64,000 nt of DNA from an uncultured Chloroflexia bacterium. GTDB taxonomy: Bacteria > Chloroflexota > Anaerolineae > B4-G1 > SLSP01. The DNA lies in NCBI GenBank assembly GCA_963751345.1, contig CAVVUS010000037.1, positions 64,001 through 128,000 of the forward strand, read 5' to 3'. The translations under genes were made by a program, and so were the position numbers. Positions 23,192 to 31,140 of the stretch are shown here, piece after piece (position 1 is the first letter of the stretch; each line of letters opens with the position of its first letter). A model generated the notes under the pieces. The model was not told the DNA's origin. It was given only the letters and a program-made list of their open reading frames with translations, and ran no database searches.

Positions 23192-23569
23192 ATGCACAGG
23201 ATCGTGATAACAGCCGGGGACGTGACGATAACAGCAGAGCTAAACGAGAGCCCAACTGCCCTGGAAATATGGGAGGCTCTGCCCATTCAGGCCCAGGCCA
23301 ATATCTGGGGCGATGAGGTATACTTCGAAATCCCGGTGACACAGGCACAGGCACCGGATGCCCGGGCAGAGGTCGACGTGGGGACGCTGGGGTATTGGCC
23401 GGTCGGCAGCGCCTTCTGTATCTTCTTTGGGCCAACGCCGGTAAGTACCGGAAGCAAGCCGCGTGCATACAGCCCGGTGAACGTGATTGGCTCAGTCATA
23501 GGTGATGTGACCCCGCTCCAGCGTGTCCAGCAGGGGGATTCCGTGAGGATCGCCAGAGCGAAGGCCTGA
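23192..23569 (+). CDS. Cyclophilin-like fold protein (DUF369/TM1367-like)
   Basis: WGDEVYF, GYWPVGSAFCIFFGPTP, SPVNVIG. Confidence 0.85.
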   Translation: MHRIVITAGDVTITAELNESPTALEIWEALPIQAQANIWGDEVYFEIPVTQAQAPDARAEVDVGTLGYWPVGSAFCIFFGPTPVSTGSKPRAYSPVNVIGSVIGDVTPLQRVQQGDSVRIARAKA

Positions 23570-23593
23570 AGACAAACACACGACGCTGGAATG

Positions 23594-23636
23594 ACAGACT
23601 CCCCGCGCACCGAACGACACGCGGGGAGTCTGTTTC
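23594..23636. terminator. Terminator-like hairpin between convergent genes, closing the ECF operon
   Basis: ACAGACTCCCCGCG-loop-CGCGGGGAGTCTGT followed by TTC. Confidence 0.7.
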
Positions 23637-23647
23637 TGTACTGAAAC

Positions 23648-24103
23648 CTACTTAACCTGGATCTCTACCACGCCCTTGACCTGAAGGTTACCGGGGAAGT
23701 CCGGAAGCACGGTGCTGAAGCCGCCCTGGTTGCGGAATGAGACAATACAGTTCGAGCACCCCTGTAGCTCGCTCAATGCCACCTCGGCCGTGTAGCCATC
23801 GTCGGCCACAAAGACCACCGTGGTCGCACCACTCGCGACGCCGGCGATACCCAGCAGATCGTTGATCGGAACGCCCGTGTAGGTGCTCGCGACCCCATCC
23901 TTGTTGGTAGACTCGACATCGATGGCATCCATCGCCTTGAGGTCAGCCTCCGTCCAGCCGACCTCACTGTCCACACTACCGGTGACCTTGAGTGCAGCGT
24001 CGCTGGGGACACCTGAGCTGGTACCGCTCGGGCTGCCACACGCCGTCAGCGCCATAGCCACCACCAAGATGACGACCAACCATAGACCAGATCTCTTCGA
24101 CAT
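23648..24103 (-). CDS. Lipoprotein with molybdopterin-oxidoreductase-like (Oxidored_molyb) domain
   Basis: Lipobox LTAC; LKVTGSV...ADLKAM...YTGVPINDLL...ADDGY...VKGVVEIQV. Confidence 0.75.
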   Translation of the reverse strand: MSKRSGLWLVVILVVAMALTACGSPSGTSSGVPSDAALKVTGSVDSEVGWTEADLKAMDAIDVESTNKDGVASTYTGVPINDLLGIAGVASGATTVVFVADDGYTAEVALSELQGCSNCIVSFRNQGGFSTVLPDFPGNLQVKGVVEIQVK

Positions 24104-24152
24104 ATTGTTCTCCTCTTGTTGATAGACAGATTGATAATCGATGCTCACTCCC

Positions 24153-24635
24153 TCACGGATTGACCGTGAGGGTTTGCACCTGGAATACCCAGCGATTCGC
24201 TGGCGTCTCCGGGCAGACCAACCGGATGGGACCTTTGTCCGGCTCCGCCTTGGTGATCCACGTTCCATCTTTCTGCAATGCGACGATTGCATTCTGGAGC
24301 TCGTCTCGCGTGATCTCGATGGCATAGCCGTCTGCCGCGGTCGCCGTGATCGTAGCGAACTCTCCGACACCTGATTGACTCAGGATTGCGTCAAGCGAGA
24401 CTCCGCTCCACGAAGCCGTCTCGTCCTCGCCCAATGACTTCTGCATCAGGATATCCGTCAGATCGATTTGGGGCATACCTGCCAGATCGGCATAGCTCAA
24501 CGCAAGCGGCGTGCTCACATCACCCTCGATCGAGAGCGTCCACTCCACCTTGGGGGCACTATTGCAGGCCGCCGCCAGCAGGACGACACCGGTCAGGAGA
24601 CATAGAGCCAACAACCTCATCGTTTTCATTTCCAT
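24153..24635 (-). CDS. Lipoprotein with molybdopterin-oxidoreductase-like domain
   Basis: Lipobox AAAC; WTLSIEGDV...SYADLAGMP...WSGVSL...AADGY...GPIRLV...RWVFQV. Confidence 0.8.
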   Translation of the reverse strand: MEMKTMRLLALCLLTGVVLLAAACNSAPKVEWTLSIEGDVSTPLALSYADLAGMPQIDLTDILMQKSLGEDETASWSGVSLDAILSQSGVGEFATITATAADGYAIEITRDELQNAIVALQKDGTWITKAEPDKGPIRLVCPETPANRWVFQVQTLTVNP

Positions 24636-24704
24636 TCCTCCTCATACACACTTCATGCTCCTCACTCACTGTCTCGCTGCGTTACCTTTGATCTCACCTC
24701 CTCG

Positions 24705-25844
24705 TCACGGCTCTCTGACAAAGACCGGGATCAGCATATCCCGGGCAATGAGGTGCCCGTGATTGCCCTGTCGACCCTCCTCGTCCACGGTGTGCATCCC
24801 GTGGTCCGCCACCATCAGTACCAACGTGCCGTCGGGCAGAGCCTCGAGAAGCTGTCCAACAGCAGCGTCCACCCCCCTGATCGCAGCGACCTCCTCCGGC
24901 GCGCCGGGCCCGTACGTGTGCCCCGCGTCATCGATACCGTGGAAATGGACCCACAGCAGATCGGGCATACCCGCTTCGATGGCGGAGAGCGCATTGGCCA
25001 ACACGTTGTCATCGGTGCTCCCGTTTCCATCGCGATCGCCCGACAGTACGATTTCTGCGTCACGCAGGTTGAACGCCAACGCGTCCCCCTCAATGGCGAC
25101 GACCTGACGCTCTGCCGCGGACAAGACCCTAAACACAGTCTCCACCTCGGTGCTGCGGATGCCCCTGTCCGTTACGCCATTGACGACCGGCGGAGCGCCG
25201 CTCAGAAGCGCCGCCGAGGCAACCGCTGTGCAAGGCGGATAGACGGTCAACCCTATGAGTGGATCGCCCAGCGAAGCGAGAACCGGGATCAAGCCCGCGT
25301 CACGCGCCTCCGTGTATCGGACGTAGCCAAAGCCATCGAGGATCATTAGCAGAACGCGATCCGCCGGGCCGACCGCCAGGGACTTGCCGGTGGCCTCCGC
25401 CGGCGCGGGCAGGCCAAGCGCGTCCGCCGCCGTCGGGGCCAGGTCCGTAATGCTCACACTCGGCGCTGAAGGGAGCGTCAGTGGCTCGACGGACAGAGCT
25501 GCAGGTACGATAGTATTCCCACCTAGCGTGATCTTGCCGTCCAGAGACCACCAAGCGTCTTCCGCCGTTGGATCCCAACTATACGTCGTGACACTCCCTG
25601 CGGTGTCCGTAACGGTCACCGAGCTCACCAGATGATAGGCTGCCGCGTACAGCACGGTATCTACCGGCACGCCGTCCGACTCTCCGTGGGCCAGCAGGCC
25701 CTTCACCACATCGCGGTTCACCACGCCTGTCGATCCATCGGGGCCAACCACGATTGTCTCCCAGGCGTGTGCACAGCCAGACAGACCCAGCAAGCCGATC
25801 AGAAACACAATACATGCCGAAAGCACCGCCACAGATCGCTTCAT
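24705..25844 (-). CDS. Alkaline-phosphatase-superfamily (nucleotide pyrophosphatase/phosphodiesterase-type) lipoprotein
   Basis: Lipobox LSGC; ILDGFG, PPCT (Thr nucleophile), IDDAGHTYGP, VADHG, GNHG. Confidence 0.82.
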   Translation of the reverse strand: MKRSVAVLSACIVFLIGLLGLSGCAHAWETIVVGPDGSTGVVNRDVVKGLLAHGESDGVPVDTVLYAAAYHLVSSVTVTDTAGSVTTYSWDPTAEDAWWSLDGKITLGGNTIVPAALSVEPLTLPSAPSVSITDLAPTAADALGLPAPAEATGKSLAVGPADRVLLMILDGFGYVRYTEARDAGLIPVLASLGDPLIGLTVYPPCTAVASAALLSGAPPVVNGVTDRGIRSTEVETVFRVLSAAERQVVAIEGDALAFNLRDAEIVLSGDRDGNGSTDDNVLANALSAIEAGMPDLLWVHFHGIDDAGHTYGPGAPEEVAAIRGVDAAVGQLLEALPDGTLVLMVADHGMHTVDEEGRQGNHGHLIARDMLIPVFVREP

Positions 25845-25847
25845 GCG

Positions 25848-26762
25848 CTATTGGCTCTCCAGGGCCACTACATCTGCGACCCACTGCCCGCGGCCGCGAT
25901 CAGGAAACACCAACGTCGCCTGCCCACGTACCTGCGCCAAGAGCGCGCCACGCGCCTCGTCGACGGTCACCGTCTGCGCGGTGCCATCGGCACTGCGGAC
26001 CGTAAGGGTCGTGAATGACGGATCGGCAAGGATTGCCGATACCAGAATGCCGTTGATACGGGAGCCGGCCTGCGCCGTGCGCACCTGTCCGTCGTCCTCG
26101 CTCTTAAACATGACGTCGGCCTGCTCCACTGTCACCGATTGCACGGGCCCCAGCAGGAGACGGCCCATCGACGTCGCCCGCCCATCCACCTCTAGCGGAG
26201 TCTCTTGCCCCACGACAACGACACGCCTGATACCTTTCAGCCACGCGGAAACGTGCAGATCAGGAGATGCGAATCGAATGCCATCTTCGTAGGGCAGCAG
26301 CAAGGCGGCGTCCGTCAGATTCTGGCGCTCGATGGTGACAAAGCCGCCGTCATCGGATGCCAGGGTGACGCTATCGAAGTCCGCTACACCTTGCGCGGAG
26401 AGGAACGCCGTAAGTGCCACGTGGGTGTTTGGCTGATCCCGGTAGGGCAGCACGTCATCGACCAGAACGTACCCCGGCTCGGGTACATCTCCTTCGAAAG
26501 CCACCACAGCATAGAAGGGGACGTCGCTCAATTCCAACGCTCCGTGCTCATCATGGCACGTGGTGCAGCGATGAAACTCCGCGGTGTCGTGACACTCGGC
26601 ACATGCACTCATGGTCGCCGCCTCTTCGGCGAGCACCTTGACCGGATAGTCTGTAAGCACACGGACGGGCACAGCGTGCATCGAGCCGACGACCACCCCG
26701 ATCGTGCCGCCCAGCAGCACCAACAGAACAAACCCGGGCACCAACCAACGGGATCTTCTCAT
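25848..26762 (-). CDS. Membrane-anchored putative diheme c-type cytochrome with two molybdopterin-oxidoreductase-like domains
   Basis: N-terminal TM; CAECH and CTTCH; domains ending AWLKGIRRVVV and QWVADVVALE. Confidence 0.65.
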   Translation of the reverse strand: MRRSRWLVPGFVLLVLLGGTIGVVVGSMHAVPVRVLTDYPVKVLAEEAATMSACAECHDTAEFHRCTTCHDEHGALELSDVPFYAVVAFEGDVPEPGYVLVDDVLPYRDQPNTHVALTAFLSAQGVADFDSVTLASDDGGFVTIERQNLTDAALLLPYEDGIRFASPDLHVSAWLKGIRRVVVVGQETPLEVDGRATSMGRLLLGPVQSVTVEQADVMFKSEDDGQVRTAQAGSRINGILVSAILADPSFTTLTVRSADGTAQTVTVDEARGALLAQVRGQATLVFPDRGRGQWVADVVALESQ

Positions 26763-26801
26763 TCGCTCCTCCGAGACTGTGCACCTTAGATGCCGGCGAC
26801 C

Positions 26802-27587
26802 TCAGAAGGTGCCGGGTACTTTCAGGCGGAGCCCCAGGACCAGCGTCGCCAGGGCGAGCAATAGCGCGCCCGTCGCCAGGATATCCGTCCGGGTGAAGGG
26901 CACCTCGCGCAGAAAGGTCCGCCGCTGGTATTGCCCGAAGCCACGCCCCTCCATAGAGACCGCCAGGGCATCGACCTTACTCAGCGCCGAAACTAACAGA
27001 GGCAAGATGAACTGGCGTGCCAGGATCAGCCACCGCCGCGGACCGGTCCGGTCGTAGGCCATACCGCGCGCGATTTGTGCGCGATAGACCGTCTCCCCTT
27101 CCTGCTCGAAAACAGGCACGAGCCGCAGGGCCGTGACCAATGCAAAGCCAAAACGGTAAGGCAAGCCGACCTGCATCAGGGCGTAAGCCAGCGCATTTGG
27201 ATCCGTCGTCAGCACAAACAAGTAACTGAGCAACACGATGCCAAGAAATCGAGCCCCGACGTACACGCCCGTGGAGATCCCCTCTGTCGTCAGACGCAGC
27301 CAGCCGAGTTGCACCCAGACCGTGCCCTCCGTCCGGAAGAGCATCTGCACGATCGCCAGTGCCGTCGACGTAATGACAGCAAGGCGCACACCCCGCACCC
27401 GTCCGGGCACAAGCCACAGCCATAGGCCGCATAGGCCACAGAGCACGCTCAGTGCCGCCCACGGAGATCGCACCGCAAAGGCGAAGACCGTGACCGTCAC
27501 GAGCCAACCGAGCTTGACCAGGGGATGCAATCGGTGGACCAAGGTCTCGCCCGGCCTGTAGGCAATCTGTTCCCGCCGAGGGCTCAT
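26802..27587 (-). CDS. ECF transporter transmembrane T component
   Basis: HRLHPLVKL, TTDPNAL, AQIARG and SMEGRGF Arg motifs. Confidence 0.92.
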   Translation of the reverse strand: MSPRREQIAYRPGETLVHRLHPLVKLGWLVTVTVFAFAVRSPWAALSVLCGLCGLWLWLVPGRVRGVRLAVITSTALAIVQMLFRTEGTVWVQLGWLRLTTEGISTGVYVGARFLGIVLLSYLFVLTTDPNALAYALMQVGLPYRFGFALVTALRLVPVFEQEGETVYRAQIARGMAYDRTGPRRWLILARQFILPLLVSALSKVDALAVSMEGRGFGQYQRRTFLREVPFTRTDILATGALLLALATLVLGLRLKVPGTF

Positions 27588-29107
27588 GCAGCGATCCCCC
27601 CTGCCAGAGGCACGTAGGCCGTACGCCCCAGCTTGGCCAATGTCGCAAAGCCCTCCTGCGGCACGTCGTCCACGGTTAGCCGCCCATGGTCGAGAAAGAG
27701 CACGCGATCGGCGTAACGAGCAGCCACCTCGGGTGCGTGACTAACCATTACGACCGCGGCACCGCGGTCCGCCTCCTCCCGGAGTAGATCGAGGACAAAG
27801 GCCGCACTGGCGGGATCCTGACCGATCAGCACCTCATCAAGCAATAGCAGGCACGGCGCATAGCCGAGAACCGAGATGAGGTTAAGCCGTCGCTTCTGCC
27901 CATAGCTCAGGCGATAGGGCGGATCAGACTCGCGACCGCGGAGTCCGGCTCTTTCCAGCAAGTCACCCACACGCGCGCGGCGTCCGTCATCGAGCAAGTC
28001 GAAGTTCCGCAAGGCGAGCATCGCCTCATCCCAGACCGTATCGGCAAAGAGCTGGTGGTCGGGGTTCTGGAAGACATAGCCGACGTTGCGCGCGAGCTTG
28101 GAGACTGGTGTACGGCGCGTATCCAGGCCAAGTACCTCCACACGCCCCCTTCGCGGTATAAGGAACCCCATCAGGCTCTGAAGCAGTGTGCTCTTCCCCG
28201 AGCCGTTATCGCCCATCACGACGACGAACTCACCCGCCTCCATCGTGAAGGAGACATCTCGCAGGACGGGATCCTCCGTGTAGCCGGCGGACAGATTCTC
28301 GACCCGCACTACTATCTCACGTCCTGCCTGCGGGAATCGGCTGCCAGGCTCGCGACCCGACCACATAGAGACCGGAGGGGTATGATGCTCGATGACTTCT
28401 CCTGCCACAACGTGCAGCCAGCGGGGATCGAAGCGGCGCAGGTAGTCCACCTTGTGCTCGATCACAACGACCGTCAGCGCCCCCGGATCCCCATCTTCCG
28501 CGCACCCATTGGCGAGGATCTGCGTCGGCTCCCTGTCTTCAGCACGGATCCTCGCGATAACGTCGAAAATCTCGGCGGTGGCTGTCGGGTCCAGATTGGA
28601 TGTCGGCTCGTCAAAGATCAGCACCTTAGGCCGCGCCGCCAGCATCGACGCCACGGCAATGCGCTGCTTCTCGCCTCCGGACAATGTCGATAGCGAGCGG
28701 TCACGCAGATGCGCTGCTCCCACAACGTCCAGGGCCCACGCGAGCCGCGCCAGGATCCTCTCCCGCGGCACGCACCGGTTCTCCAGGCCAAACGCCACCT
28801 CGTCCTGCACCGTCAGCGTACAGAACTGCGCTTCAGGGTTCTGCTGGACCAGCCCGACGGTCTCCGCGACCTCATAGATCGGCGCTCGGCGCACATCCAA
28901 ACCTCCAACAGTCACAGCACCCTCAGCCTCTCCGGCATACTGGTTGAACAGAAAGCCTGACAGAGCCAACGCCAACGTCGACTTGCCCGAGCCTGACGGG
29001 CCGGTCACGACCACAAAGTCGCCCGGCGCGATCTCCAGATCCACGTGGCGGAGCGCATAGCGGTCACTGCCCGCGAAGCGATACGAGAAGTCACGCAGCG
29101 AGATCAT
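27584..29107 (-). CDS. ECF transporter fused double ATPase (A-A')
   Basis: GPSGSGKS, QQNPEAQ, LSGGEKQR, DEPT; GDNGSGKS, FQNPDHQ, LSYGQKRR. Confidence 0.93.
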   Translation of the reverse strand: MISLRDFSYRFAGSDRYALRHVDLEIAPGDFVVVTGPSGSGKSTLALALSGFLFNQYAGEAEGAVTVGGLDVRRAPIYEVAETVGLVQQNPEAQFCTLTVQDEVAFGLENRCVPRERILARLAWALDVVGAAHLRDRSLSTLSGGEKQRIAVASMLAARPKVLIFDEPTSNLDPTATAEIFDVIARIRAEDREPTQILANGCAEDGDPGALTVVVIEHKVDYLRRFDPRWLHVVAGEVIEHHTPPVSMWSGREPGSRFPQAGREIVVRVENLSAGYTEDPVLRDVSFTMEAGEFVVVMGDNGSGKSTLLQSLMGFLIPRRGRVEVLGLDTRRTPVSKLARNVGYVFQNPDHQLFADTVWDEAMLALRNFDLLDDGRRARVGDLLERAGLRGRESDPPYRLSYGQKRRLNLISVLGYAPCLLLLDEVLIGQDPASAAFVLDLLREEADRGAAVVMVSHAPEVAARYADRVLFLDHGRLTVDDVPQEGFATLAKLGRTAYVPLAGGIAA

Positions 29108-29131
29108 CCGACGACCGTACACCTCATCCTA

Positions 29132-30493
29132 CTACCTCACTTCCAGGGCCATGACCTTCGGCGCGATCACCGTCCCGTCCATCCGTGCGACGGCGAACGT
29201 GATTCCGAGCCCGTCGATGACGGTGAAGATACGGACATCATCACTGTCCCACAAGCCCTCCAGCGGCAACGTGACAGGTGCCTCCGGCGTTTGGATGATC
29301 AAGTCGTGAGCGTCCACCTCAGGTTCCATCGAGGCAATCACCGCCCCTAATGGTACGCCCTGCAGCTTCTGTGCCCCGTGCCCTACGTCGAGACTGACGC
29401 TGTCCATCTCGAACTGCCACGCGTCAGGGTCATAAGCCCCGGCCGCCGCGAGCTTTCCCGAAACGTCGAGCGTCACGCCACCGATCACCGTCAATGAACT
29501 GACGCCACGCACCCACGCCTTGCTGTTTTCCGGGCCCACGAGGTCGAAGGTCGCATCATCGCCGTTGCCCGACGGTACCAGGAGCAACGCCGGGTTGTCA
29601 CGCACCTCCTTCAGGCTCACAAAGAACGCATATCCATCGGCAGCGCGGACGAGCAGCAGGCCGGCGTCGCTTGCAGGCTGAGCACGGGCAAGCATCTCAC
29701 GAACGGGCACACCGGAGTATCGCGCCGGCGTCCCTCGCAGCGACGCCTCGGCCGTGATGCGCGGAATATCACCGTGCGCCGTGGGGTAGGCATAGGGCGC
29801 GGCTACCGCCCCATCCACCGTGACGACTGCCGGGCCGCGGAGCGCACCGCGCAGATAAAGGCCAAAGAGGATCGTCAGTATGGCAGCCCCGCCCACCCAT
29901 ACGGGAGCGACGCGGCGATCCCGTGACGGGGCAGGCAGGTCCTTCACTACACCCGCTCGGCGAAGCGCCCCCAATAGCACCCAGCCCAGTACCCCGGCAA
30001 AGACCACACCCGAGATGGCGGCCATGCCACCTACGAGGGCAAGTGCGCCGTAGGCCAGAAGATCGGCAGGCAGGGCAGCGAAGAGCTGAAAAACAAAGAC
30101 ATTTGACGCCGACGCGAGGCCACCGGCCAGCACATAGGCCGGCAGGCGGTCCTTTCTCCGAAAGAAGAGAAAGACGGCATCAACGAGCAAGCCCGCGACA
30201 ACGTCGACGAGCACAACCAACAGGCCGTGGGTGTTCCCTGTGAGGAACTCGACGCTACCCTTGAGGATTCCGGTCAGCGTCCCCGCCCCAACCCGTCCTG
30301 TCAGTCCTATCGCGAGCGTGAGCCACAGCACATGCAGCCCGGCAGCCCACTGCGTCGACCCGGCAAAGCCCAGGATCGACTGGGCGAGGTCGCCGATAGC
30401 ATTGATGTAGGTGCTCGTGACACCGCCAAGGGCCGCCAGCGCAGCCATCATCAGCCAATCACGCGTGGCGAGGCCAGGTCGCTCTGTGCGCAT
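29132..30493 (-). CDS. ECF S component fused to two molybdopterin-oxidoreductase-like domains
   Basis: Multi-TM N-terminus (MAALAALG, GRVGAGTLTG, GLLVD); soluble C-terminus YSGVPVREML...AADGY...AWVRGV and LQGVPLGAVI...KVMALEV. Confidence 0.78.
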   Translation of the reverse strand: MRTERPGLATRDWLMMAALAALGGVTSTYINAIGDLAQSILGFAGSTQWAAGLHVLWLTLAIGLTGRVGAGTLTGILKGSVEFLTGNTHGLLVVLVDVVAGLLVDAVFLFFRRKDRLPAYVLAGGLASASNVFVFQLFAALPADLLAYGALALVGGMAAISGVVFAGVLGWVLLGALRRAGVVKDLPAPSRDRRVAPVWVGGAAILTILFGLYLRGALRGPAVVTVDGAVAAPYAYPTAHGDIPRITAEASLRGTPARYSGVPVREMLARAQPASDAGLLLVRAADGYAFFVSLKEVRDNPALLLVPSGNGDDATFDLVGPENSKAWVRGVSSLTVIGGVTLDVSGKLAAAGAYDPDAWQFEMDSVSLDVGHGAQKLQGVPLGAVIASMEPEVDAHDLIIQTPEAPVTLPLEGLWDSDDVRIFTVIDGLGITFAVARMDGTVIAPKVMALEVR

Positions 30494-30517
30494 TTTGGTT
30501 TGCTCCCTACTCAGGAC

Positions 30518-30551
30518 AAAGAAAAACGGCATGCCCAGGAAAGGCATGCCG
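30518..30551 (-). terminator. Intrinsic terminator of the riboswitch expression platform
   Basis: Minus strand CGGCATGCC-TTTCCTG-GGCATGCCG-TTTTTCTTT. Confidence 0.85.
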
Positions 30552-30607
30552 CAGTCCACGACGGAACGCGCCACTCACATAAGTGGCGCGCCCTGTAGAG
30601 GGAGGGC

Positions 30608-30708
30608 ATCTCCTTTCCAAACACGGGAGGCATGGCCGTTTCCCGCCATACCCAATGGTCTCAGGCCTTGGGAGGTAAAGTATCCTTTAGGCTGTGAGAC
30701 TCGGAGAC
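30608..30708 (-). ncRNA. Moco RNA motif riboswitch, P3-less (Tuco-type) variant
   Basis: Minus strand TCTCCGA-GTCTCA..GCCTAA..TGAGAC-CATTGGGT-ATGGCGG-GAAA-CGGCCAT-GCCTCCCGTGTTTGGAAAGGAGA; 3' part matches the GCCTCCCGTxTTTGGAAAGG signature of the moaA leader. Confidence 0.88.
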
Positions 30709-31140
30709 AAGCTATGGATGTGCAACGTGTAAGGTACTGTGATCCAAAGGCAATCCTACCACGCCGGACCACAAACACAAATGGCACCTGATCCTGGCGC
30801 ATGGTGTTTGGGCGCTCTCTCGTCTATCGCCAGGGCGTACGCATGTCGAGCCGCAGCAGGCCGCCGGGCAGTGCACAACTCCTCAGCGACGACCCCTTCC
30901 CTAGGTGAGACGCGGCGACGCCCGTCTTCTGCTGCGCCGGGAACGCCGTTCGAGACAAACGTCGCGTCCCCAAGGCACTCCACCACGCGGTAGACGCCCC
31001 GACGACGCACTCCAATGCGCGGCTTCCCCAGTAGCATGCCACGTGAAATGCCTGCGTCCTGGCCTTTCCCTCTCCGAGGGACGCTGCTATGATAGCGGCA
31101 TCACGACGAGCGGCTACCATTACGCCCAAGGGAGGGTGCT

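Noticed and set aside
30608-30708. TPP or cobalamin riboswitch (expected before such an ECF module)
   Set aside because: Lacks TPP (CUGAGA plus ACCUGA/GGGA core) and B12-box signatures; the 3' half matches the Moco motif
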